Below the pieces are notes generated by a model. The model worked only from the letters and a program-made list of their open reading frames with translations, was not told where the DNA came from and made no database searches. A stretch of 64,000 nt of DNA from NCBI GenBank assembly GCA_002633005.1, contig NMRA01000032.1:159044-223043 (forward strand), in the 5' to 3' direction. This document shows, one piece after another, positions 34,700 to 46,014 of the stretch (positions are counted from its first letter, which is position 1; each line of letters opens with the position of its first letter). A program made the translations under genes and the position numbers. This stretch comes from Phoronis australis (taxonomy: Eukaryota; Animalia; Phoronida).

Positions 34700-35291
34700 G
34701 ATTTCAATAGTTACAAGAGCTCAGCTTCTGGAAGCGCCGATGAAGAAAGTCGCAGGCTAACAAGACAAAATATGAAGTCAGTGATTCATTGTATCACAGA
34801 TTACATTTCACAGTTGGTTATCAATTCGGATTCGCCGTCAACTTAACTTGCCCCGCTGTGAGCAGTACGCCTCAACTCAAACAGGCCTTCAGTCTTTCAC
34901 GTTTCCGGAAACTGAACACCATCGGCGCATCGCTGTTCACCGGGCGCGGTTGTTTAGCCACCGGTCCGACATTTGTCCACGAAAGACGCTGAAGTTTTTC
35001 AAAGTTTTCAAAAACCCACTGATCCAGGTATACCCTGATCCAGATAGAGAAAATAGCCCTTAACCATAAAATGTCATACGGATCTCGATTTTTTATCAAC
35101 AAAATAGTGAAAGCCGACACTGGCCTTGTGGCTCTTCTGTTGACACAAGTTAACCCGGAAGTGAATAATGGAAATATCACGTGATATCTTTGACCTCATG
35201 AGGCGCAAAACACTCCGCAGATGAGTCGCAAAAATGCAGGTGTGTTTGTGAATCATTTGTTCTTCTAGTACCGGGTACATCTACGCGCCAG
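34700..35291. promoter_or_regulatory. Probable bidirectional promoter plus first non-coding exon of the BCAR3-like gene
   Basis: NCF2-like ATG at 34699 on -; strong + donor CAG/GTAAGA at 35291/35292; CpG-richer segment; ETS-type CCGGAAGTG at 35155-35163, palindrome ATATCACGTGATAT at 35174-35187, TTTCCGGAAA at 34902. Confidence 0.55.
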
Positions 35292-38200
35292 GTAAGATGT
35301 GAGAACTGTATATATGTCGTTACATTAAAGGTTATTTTGTTTCATTTTCCATTGCCAAGTTCAACAGGTAACTTGAATGACATATGTAGCGACAGGTGTA
35401 ATTTCATTTTCTGTCTTCTGAGTGATCGACTTCTTACTAGAAAATGAACTTGTCTTACTCAAAACCGTGCTTGGATTTTGTAATAAATAGTATTCAGTGT
35501 CTGATGGTGATAGTTTAGCCTTTTGACGGTTGAAAAGCCACGTCATGATGCCAACGCAGGAGTTCTTAATCTTGACTACATGGTAAAACCTCGGCCGTGT
35601 CGTGTTTGAGACTGCTCTGTAAACAAGTCAAGTGTGAGTTGTCAGTAAAATGTTCAGGCTTGAGCACACGTACATTGTGAGTACTGTGCCTAATGATAAG
35701 GTAGTTTTATGATTTTGGTTTGAAAAATGGTTCTCATTTTCAAAACTACAGTATGCCGGAAATTTACTGTTCTTTATTTTTCTGCCACAGGGTATAAATA
35801 CAGTAGTTCACTGATTCATGTTAGTATGTTTTCTATGCTTTATGGAAATTTTCTTGACAGCTTCAAATGTTATCCTAATTCTCCAGTGGCTGGTACAGTT
35901 ACATGGCAATGGTAATCGTTTCCCAAACATGGTGGTAATAATTCTGTTAATGGCAAGAAAGACAGATAACAAATATAAGGGTGGTAAAATTCTAACTGAA
36001 GAATGTTTAGCTGCCTTTCTAACTTGCCTGTTAATTCCCCTTCACTACTCTGGTGATGAATTCAGCCTCCGTCCAGTTGTCATGACCGGGAATTCTAGGT
36101 CATTATGTCTCAAACTTATGGGTTGTACTCTATTGTATTGTTTCCCATGAACAATAGAACCATTTTCCTCCTGAATACTGCAGCTTGACCTTATTAGCGC
36201 TGTGTAGGACTTGAAAGTGCCATCAAGTGAATGGGGTTGGAGATTATTGAATGATAATTTGTGCAGCATTTCCTTCATTCCTTGGCAATGGCAATACCCT
36301 AGTTCCACCCCTGTGACCACAACTGCTGTGTCCTTGTAATCTAGTTGTATCAGCTTCAGTTCCTGGTTTACGCTTGATCTGACAATTATTTGCCTGGCTC
36401 TGCTACAGCAAATGCGAATCCATGTCATTGGTGAAGGGTAAAAATCATTTATTGTTTCTGCTCAAATTTTAAGTTCTCAAAATTTTTCTGAGGCTTGTGG
36501 GTACAATTGATCCCATGTTTGGAACAGAGTTGGACATAATTGTTCAAACTTATGCTGTGTTAATTACAGATGCGAAACACAAGTTTGTACTAATGAGAAA
36601 TGACCCTATTTTAAAATGTACGGTAGAAATTCTTCTGTTTCTGACAGCAAAAAATTAAATTTATTTGTCCCAAATTTAATGTGGGTATTTTCAATGGTTT
36701 TATGAACTGCCAAGTCTTTTGTGAGACTACCGTAATACAAAACACACTGTCTCAATCTTCAGAATGAAGGAAATCCAGTTTCTGCTTGAATTTCAGTGAC
36801 TGTCCTAAATTTTAAGAGACTGTCTCAAACAGGACATTACCATATAGATTCGCTGATAAGAACAAGCAGTTCATGGTGTTTGTTGGCTAGTTGTCCCATG
36901 TCGGTAAATTTGTGTAGGTAAGATTTTTGTTTCAGTAATGTGTCCCAGTCAATTTGAAGTCACCCTTGTTACACCTGGTCACATTTTTTAAAATGACTTC
37001 ATGGTCTAGACCGTGTGTTTTCTGTGGCGCGCTCTGGTGTTGATTAGTAAGGTGTGAACTTTTGTAAAAGGTAAACATGGATTGGATCGGACACTTTAAC
37101 CTTGCCACGATCTCCAAGTAGACTGTAGTTGGCCACTGACACTGATCATCCTCCACCTTATCAGTTTGTACCTGTCAGTTTTTTGTGGTGTCATGCCTAA
37201 GTGATAATCGAAAACATTAAGCTAATATACAAGTAGATATGTGGCTTGATGTTGTCCTTCAATACACAAGTCTACCTCACTCTGGTATGATATTCTGATA
37301 ACAGCATGCAGTTAGAGTATGTACATTGGGTGCCATAGGCTTGGTCATTTTGTTGCCCTGATTACCCAGTATCTAAATCGTGGAAGATAGAGGTTTAGTA
37401 TTTGAATTGCTTATCACAAGTTGATTCTCTGTGAAATTCAGTCTACTGGCAAGAAAGACTATCAGGGTTTTCATGCATGAAAACATGTGGATAGGCTCGG
37501 ACATGAACAGTTATTGCAGAGGTCTTGTGACTTGTAGAGGTTTACGGAGAAAGCCTGGTCAGAGATCTAGTTTCCATTAATATTTCTGGAAGGACTTTCC
37601 GTTGCTCATCATTGCTGCGAGATTGGTAATGTCTGTTTATGTCAGAATGTAACCTTATGTTTTTAGCGACAAAGCAGATAACTGAAAATCTCTCATTTGT
37701 AACATATTAAGCACAAGTAGTGCTAAAAGTCTATTTTGTAAAAACATTAAAAGGCTGTGTTTTCATTTGTTTAAAATTTAATATGTATGTTACAGGGATC
37801 GTTGGGTGAACTTTGCTAGACTGCCATTTTGTCCTTGATAGTGCTGTGGTGAAAAGCCATAAGGAAATTTCACATTTAGAATTAGCTAGAAGTTTTTGCT
37901 TAGAATTTAGAGGTCACTGTTTTGAAAACTTGTATACAGCAATATTGCGTAGAGACAATGGTGTCTGTGAGGAATGAGCTTTTTAATTCAACTGCTTTGC
38001 TTATGTTTTCTCTCTATGCGACCTTGAAATTCTGGTGTGAGCAAGTGAACGATAATCACAGTTGTGAAAAAATCGCCTGCATAGACTTTGCACTGTGATT
38101 CATTCATTCTCCGAAGTCAATTTCTGCTGACATTAAATGAATTTCCGTACCATTTGCTCATTTTGAACTGTCAGTGCTGTGCTATTAATTTAGAACTGGT

Positions 38201-38514
38201 GTGTCTCACTTCTAGTATTATGTGAAAGTGTTGGAAATTGAGAAGTGGAGTAATCCCACTACAAAGAGGAGAAAAGTGTCCGTCATTGTGATCTCATTCC
38301 TTGAACATTTTTTTTGTTGCGGTTGCAAAAACAAACTTCTCCCTAATTTTCCAGTTGTTCACACTGAAAATAGTTGCTGAAAACTGTACATGTATAATTT
38401 CATGTTTTTCAAAAGCTCATTACAAAGCACTACAAATAACGGAATTTTCACCAAATGTTGAGCAAATCGTAAGATTTTCTTAATTTTCATTTTTGATGAG
38501 AAATTTTATGAAAT

Positions 38515-38630
38515 AGAATTTCACATGTTGGCCACTCTGTATGCTAAATAAGTGGAAAAGTGCATTTTTGATGAAAAAGAATTTCACATGTTGGCCACAC
38601 TTTGTGCTAAATAAGTGGAAAAGTGCATTT
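38515..38630. repeat. Tandem duplication, 63-bp period
   Basis: agaatttcacatgttggccac...tgctaaataagtggaaaagtgcattt occurs twice. Confidence 0.9.
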
Positions 38631-41600
38631 AGTTACTGGTCAGTGCTCATTTCTCAAATATCAGACACTCAGGGTTTTGTATTATCTTGAGTCTTAAAAT
38701 AGACTTGGCAGTTCATAAAATCATCAAGAATAGTGAGTGCCAGTGATACACATGTAGCTAGTCCATACATTCTCACCATGTGCAACATTGGGATGAGTGA
38801 TCTTTTGCTGCAGCTCCAAATTCCTGAATTTGCTTATATTTCAGTTAGGTTCAATCTCCGATCTAAACTGCAGAATTTTTCATAAACAAAGTGCTTTTGG
38901 CTTAAAAGAATTACAGCACTGATTTGATTCTGAAGTGTTGGTAAATGAGCCATCAACAGTATAGCAGTGCATGCACCGTGTTCAAATTTGCAATTTTAAG
39001 GTTGTTCAACCTCATTAAACTCTCAGTTCTTGAGTCATTGATAGATTTGATGTTCCTGTTCATGTACAGAAATCAAGTTTTATCACTGTAAGGAATATAA
39101 TGAGACAGCCGTTAGGAGCTTATGTGGCTTCGTTCTTCGGTCTTAAAAATTAAATGCTGCGGAAGTGTAATTTTATCAAAAACCTTGATTTTTTTAAATG
39201 TGACAATCCTCGTTGTATATTTTTATCTGAAACCGTAATCTGGATACCCCATACTAAAAGGTGGATTTGCTCCAGATGCTGTCCAGAGCACTGAGTGCTT
39301 TTAGTGCAAGAGTGATGCTGGTGTCGTTATTAATGGGTCTGTGTTTTACAGGATCTGATGACTGGTCATATTGCCTGTTGTTTGGCTCCAGGTCATGTTG
39401 TACACAACCACAAGATTATGGTGTTGTCTAGCTATTAAGCCACACTGGGGGTCATCCCTAGTAATGATAGAGGGTCTTCTCAGTACAGGGGGATCTGGTA
39501 TACCCTGATTATTAGCATGTGGTGTTAATAATATTTATACTGGGAGTTATGATTGCTCTTATAGTTGTCTAATGAGGGCACTACATAGCCACTGAGCCAC
39601 ACCTGACTGGTTGGTTGCCTCTGGTCTCTTGGGAACATTAAACTTTTAGCAGATGTTTGCTCTATCCTTTGTAATATTAATGAAGTTAAATTAATAAATG
39701 TTTGATAGTGCTGTTTTGTTTTGTGTGCACTTATCTGGCAAATACATCTTTGACAGTCAAGCAGGTTGTGATTTGTTGCCGGAAGGTACATGTTGCCTTG
39801 TTTATTTAATAATTAATAATTAATACTTTATGTGTACACATGATAACTGACAATCTTTTACTTCTATACATTTATTTTTCTAATAGACAACGTTGATGTG
39901 GATGGTGTCAACATTTTTATTTTTCTATACTGTTAAATAATGTTTTTGGCTTATTCTGAATCTGCGCACCAGAATCTGGACCTCCTGTGCTCTTTTTGTG
40001 GTTGGGTGGTATGTCTAGTCCTTGTTTATCTTGGTTTTGAATGATTGGCAGCTTGTTGAGATTGGAGGCTATTCATACCTGGCTGAAGGTAGTGGGGTTC
40101 TTTTGAGATTTAACCTTGGAAGTTGTGGTTTATTTTCCTTGCGGTTTCTGTATTCCATGGTGCCTTTGTTGAGGTTTTAAAAAGTGTGATTGATTGAAGT
40201 TGAGCTCAACTGTTGAGGTAGACTGTAGAGTGAACTCCAGTGTAGGGCATTGATTGTAGTTTTCATGCAACCTGCAAATATTATGCCAGGGTGCATTTTG
40301 TGACTACAGGTTTCCATTTAAGAGCTAGTCATGCTTGCATGAGCTTGGTCTGACCTGAGTATAAAAGGTAATGTCTGGCAGAGTGCTGTTATTGTCTGAC
40401 AATGAAACACAATGGTGAACTCACAGCTATGTGTTGTGTCTATCAGCTCATAGGCAATAGATTAAAGGTTAAACCAATACACATTACTTGTGGTTCACAC
40501 AGATGTTTGCACTTCCCCCCTCCCAGATTTCACTTACCTGCCCTAGAGGTAAGTACCAGTTTACAAGTGGCAACTTGAGCCTTTTGCAGAATTCAGTCAA
40601 TTAACAGTTGTCCAATGTTTGTCATTGATCACAATTTGTTGTTGAATTCAACTGTAAGAGAAGCCAAATAGTAGTTGGTAACATACGCAACAACTTGCAA
40701 CATTTGGGTCACTATAATTTCCCATTTGCTGCATGGGTGCATGAACTGCTCTGTCAGGAGGTCTTGCAACTGCTGTACCAATATTTTCCACATAAAAGTA
40801 CATCTAAAAAGATGTTTTGAGGCCAAGTGAGACTTGAATTCACTAAATCTCCTTGGGGAGCCCCCCCCCCCCNCCCCCCCCAGAGCACCTATGACTGTGA
40901 CTGTACTTGGAAGAAATTAATACTTTTTTGATAACAACACTAGTTTATAGCAGCTTTTTTTAAGAGCTGTTATAAACTTAAAAGTTGTGAAAAAGCGTTT
41001 GTCCAGGAAAGTTATGATGTGTTTTTTTTTTATTGGCGTATTCCAATACCTTTCTACCCAGTTGCTTCAGTGTCCACCCTTCCTGTGTTTTTGATTCTCT
41101 GTGTTTATCTAGATCTTGCAAGAACTTCCCAGTTGGACTATAATTGAATCTATGGACAAGGGAGCACATGGTAGAACTATTAGCGCAGCAGATAAGCTTA
41201 AATACCCTTCCTTGAAAGCCTGTTAACTAAATGACTTAATTAATCGGAGGATCCCACTAAATACCATTCTTTGTGATCCATTTTGAAAGGAGTGATCACA
41301 TTACCTGATGGTGATTGCTCCAGTTCACATGTTTGATCAGCTTTTGCATGGTCTGTGACCATGTCTGTGCTTTTTGCCTGCTGGGCATCAGTGCCTGGTG
41401 TGGATAGACCAATGGTGTAGATCAGGTTCCAGGAGTTTCAGTCTGTGGGAAAGCACGACTCACACTCTGAAACACCCATTGCGACTGCTCAAAGTAGGTA
41501 GGCTAAAATGTAAAGTTGTGCAACTCCCCTGGAATGGTAAAGGTGAACTCCATTCTGGTGGGAGTATTTACCAGAGGTTGTGGTATGCAACAAATATTCG

Positions 41601-41996
41601 TATGCAACAAATATTCAGTTGAGAGTGCCAATCAACTATGTCATTTGATGTTGATCGAATGTCCCTAGAACTAAAGGCTATGTCACTTACCAGAGGGAGT
41701 TAGTGCCAGGGAAGGTATGGTTGCGATGGAGTTGTGATAGATAGAAGTTTATGTAACAGAATCGAGTGACATTTGGCCTGTTTTGCAAATTTTGTTTGTA
41801 CATTTTTTGGGGAACATTTTGCAGTTTTTTCCTCAAAGTTTTTATAAGTGAAGTAAACAGTTACACAGTTTTTGTTTCATTTAAGTAAGCTTTCCTTAAT
41901 AATTTTCTCAAAAAGACTCACTCGCAGAGTGTCTACAATAGTCATTGATGAAAATCTTAGAAATACAATATGCTTAATTATAAACTTGAATTTGTA

Positions 41997-42162
41997 AATC
42001 TTTGGAGAATATGGAACCTTGATTCTCCAGTTCAGAGGTTGAGTAGTGATGGAAATGTGTCAATGTTTTTTTCATTTTTTCAATCTTTGGAGAATATGGA
42101 AACTTAATTCTCCCGTTCAGAGGTTGAGTTGTGATGGAAATGTATCAATGTTTTTTTTCATT
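41997..42162. repeat. Tandem duplication, 85-bp period
   Basis: aatctttggagaatatggaa...ttcagaggttgagt.gtgatggaaatgt...caatgtttttttcatt occurs twice. Confidence 0.9.
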
Positions 42163-44657
42163 CTGAAATTGATTTCGTGTTATTTGATGTTAAATTAGGG
42201 ATTTATTATAAAAGTAATTTGGTTCATTTGAGTTTCATTCTAAATCTGAGAGATCCAGTGTGAAGCATCACTGTTCAGATCCCTTACCTGCTAATACATA
42301 GTGGGCTTAAAATATTAATTGAATAATTGGATTGCTGACACACCATGCAATCTAAGGAGTGTCTTTTCATTCAATCGATGATAAACAGCCCATTTCAACT
42401 GACATCCGATCATGTGATTCGATTTTTTGCTGGGTGACTGTTTGACATGGTTGTTTGATTTTACTCTATACATGCAAATAGTGTACTTCAGGAAGTTCAG
42501 ATTCGAACACACCCTGTCTCAAGACCGTGTTGGGCTATTTTAAATTATCAATCTTTAGGAATGTTAAGTGATTGATTGTAAAGAGTATTCATCGTTGGTA
42601 AAGAAATTGATAAGAGGTAAGGATTCAAAATGTTAAAAAGTGGATGTGTTTGTTTTATCCAGTGTGCCATGGCAATGACTCACTGACAAAGAATCTTTCT
42701 CAATAAGCATTGTGCAATGTTTTATCAGAACTAAGCAAATTAATGCCCTATTTTCAGAGCTCAAAATGAAAGTAGAAATTTGCCAATTACGGGGATCGAC
42801 ATGTTTGTCCATTTCCATTGTGGCACTGTGCATGTTTTAATGACTTTCTAAAGTTTTTAACTAGAAATAGCCATGTCTCGTATAAATAACATTGGTTATG
42901 GTTAAGCACCTGACTGCTTTATGAAGAAAGAGTTTGATATTTTATCCATTTTACAAACTATTGGTAATTGGTAAAACAGCCATGATTGTTGCCAAGATTT
43001 CACTTTTGTCCGTTTCAATGGTTCCTCATTTAGGTTATTTCCCTGTACAATGCATGACAAAAATACTTTTATCCTGTCATGAAGACAATTCTCATACTTA
43101 CAGCAATGACCTACTGTATTTTAATTATTCTGTTGTTAATATGTTTTCCTATATTACCGTATGATTTTTTCTTACTTTTTGTTTTCTTTGCTTTTGATAT
43201 TTTTTGCTCTATGTTAAAAGCCTGGATATAATGGTTCGCTTTTTGGACTAAATATTTGAATTTAATGTGTTGTCATTTATTTGAGTAGCAATAAAACAAA
43301 CTATTATAGGCCATGGGGGTGAAACTCTGATTACGGAATAACCTAGCCACGTTATGTACTAACTGTCCCATTAATTCCTTTTCATCCATCTTCATGAGGG
43401 AGGACTGCTCTGACGAATTCGGCTGCAGCCTAGTCGTCATAAGCGAAAAATTCCAGGACATTTGGTCTGGATACTTTTTGCCGCGTGCTGTATTTCTTCA
43501 GGGTGAATTCTAGCTCTGTCTAAATGTGCCAGTAATGTACTGACCATCATCATATAGCCTTGTGTTTAACATTGTGTCAAAACATTACAATTCTCCACAC
43601 ATTGCCTTGCTTATTAACTAACTATTGATGAAGGTTTAAGAATGCATGCAGTGGCCCCTGGGGTGTTTATTCTGAACTTCCTCCTTAAGTATGTCCAACT
43701 TGTGGATGAAAATAGTAACACATGTCATAATACATGTTGCGAGGTGAAACAACATCATGGTTGTGTTATCTTGAACAGATGGTGGTGAGACTTGGCCATT
43801 TGATGCTTAGGTGTGTGGGAAGGTATTTAGTTCAGGTAGGTGAACTGGGAGAGTATGAGAGGCTAGGTTGCCGCCTGGATTTATGTCGTTCATATGGATT
43901 GGGTGAGCTTACAAAAGGCTGTTATCAAAAATCCGATAAAAATTTGGAGTGAAAATTTTCTGCTCGAGGTTATGTAAGAGCGTAGAAAAATCACTGTTTT
44001 TGCCAACAGGGGAACATCGTGTTTCAGAAATGGCTGATGAGATTCACATGAAAACTTTCAGATTCCATTCTTTATTTATTGTTCTCCAAAATACTACTGG
44101 TATAAAGAATTGTTTTTAAATGTTCCGTTTTTAAATGAGAAACTGTCAAAAGTAGGACTTTTACGATTTTTTCTAAATATTTGTTAAAGATGCATAATAC
44201 GAAAACAAAACAATAATTTAGAAAACTGTGGCGGTGTTTTTGAGACTTTTGCTTAAACATTTATGTCATACGAAATTTGGGATCGTGCTGCTTTGATATG
44301 CATGTACCCATCTTTTTGCTAAATTGTCCTAAAAAACAAGCTCACATGACCTAATTAGTGGCAGATTAGCATAAAGTCCCAAATCAAATTCTGCGGAATT
44401 TCTACTTTCAGAAAATTTTGGTAAGTTAAGTTATATAGATTCGTAGTTATTTGCCTAAATGTACAGTCTTGTCGATAAGGCTCTACATAACCTTAAATCT
44501 TCAAAATCTTCCTTCAAAATTTTTAACTTCATAAAACGCAATTTGTCCTTCATTTTTGGAAACGTGTGTATTGCTGTCGGTTATTACACTTACACTATTC
44601 TTTTACATTGTGTTTGTCAGACATTATTGCCTGTAATATGATTCTTTTCTTTTCCAG

Positions 44658-44715
44658 CAGATGGCGTGACGTAATGTGATAACATTCCAGTGGATTAACC
44701 TTTCATTAATAAAAG
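44658..44715 (+). other. Candidate 5'UTR exon of the BCAR3-like gene
   Basis: Long pyrimidine tract, CAGCAG tandem acceptor, AAG/GTAACT donor; contains ATG GCG TGA and ATG TGA. Confidence 0.5.
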
Positions 44716-45915
44716 GTAACTGTTTGAAGTTTTTTTTTTAATCTCAGTATCAGTAAGAAAGAATGTTTGAGCAACCGAAAAGGATTGTTCTTCAATCATG
44801 GAATTTCCACTATTTCTCTTTGCTCATTTTAAGTTCTAAATGATTAAATCATCTATTTCGAGTGCAATGGTACTTGAGTTAAGGGGTTGGTGTCATGGTG
44901 TTTGATATCTTGTGTTTTTTTCTATGGTTATACAATTCAAACACTATAATATTGATGGAATACAAAGTGTGTGTTCAGTTGTTGTTAAATCCCCTGGAGA
45001 AGTGGTGCTCTCTGGTCTAGAATTAAAATGACTACAAAAATAAACTAGGTAATACTAGCAAATCATACAAAAATAAACAGCAGTATCTTCTTCTTAAGTG
45101 GGTTCTGAGAATCAGATTTTTGAAACTAACCCGCAAGGTAGGGACCAGACTGAACCTTAGGGGCCTGTCCAAAGGTCACATGCCTGGGTGTAATATTATT
45201 ACAGTGCTGGGTATGTATATTGCACAGCATTGCTTTATGGCAAAATTTTGCAATTGCGTTAACTTTAGTTTATAGTTTACAATAAACAATCAATTTGTAA
45301 ACTACTTTAAGCTGCTATAAACACACATTTGTGTCATTTCTCCCAGTCTCAAAATCGGGCAGCGCCCCCTAGATGCGAGAATTTCACAAATGGAGCCGTT
45401 TTGATCACGTACTTCGCTTGTAATGCATTGAAATTTCTCTCAAATTCTTGCATAGTCTTGTGTTTTCGAAGGTTGTAGTCTCTATAGAACACATTCCAGA
45501 TTCCTTAAACAGACTGCACGAGAAGTGGTGTCCGAGTATGAAAAGTCTGATATTTCTGAGGCCGTTCTTCGTTTATAATATGTCTGGTCATGACGAGCTA
45601 AATTTACGATCTTCATCTTTCAAACAATAACATTGCCACTCGGTTCTTTCAAACCCTCGTAATTTTCATTTCTAATTTGATTATGGAACAAGCCTGGACC
45701 AGTTTCAAGTCCTTTGAAATTCTGAAAAGTAATTTTTGCGGAAGACTGTTATAGCAGCATAAATCATGTGCGCTTTGTAAAAATTATATTTTTCTGTGTC
45801 CAATTATCTCACCTTTCAATTGGGTTTTAGTGATTGGACTCCAAGACCTGGGATCACTGGTTAAGACCCTCCTTGCTGGTGGTGCGTACAATCTAGCTTT
45901 GTATTTCAGCTCAAC

Positions 45916-46014
45916 ATGTCGATGTCTATAAAACTGATACCGGTTGAGACATGGCTGGAGAAGATAGGCCTTATGGAGTACAGACAGCTGTTCACCAAGT
46001 ACACGGGGATAGAG
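45916..46014 (+). CDS. BCAR3: BCAR3-like first coding exon (SAM N-half)
   Basis: MSMSIKLIPVETWLEKIGLMEYRQLFTKYTGIE; acceptor tttcag at 45909, donor GTTAGT. Confidence 0.82.

Noticed and set aside
36045-36428. 127-aa minus-strand ORF
   Set aside because: No recognisable motif; possibly decayed repeat-derived sequence but unsupported.
40861-40881. Poly-C run containing an N
   Set aside because: Simple homopolymer with an ambiguous base; possible sequencing uncertainty.
44028-44070. CTGATGA...GAAA hammerhead-ribozyme-like core with aatgg/ccatt flanks
   Set aside because: Stem II lacks the closing G-C pair and stem III does not pair properly; not supportable without a covariance-model search.
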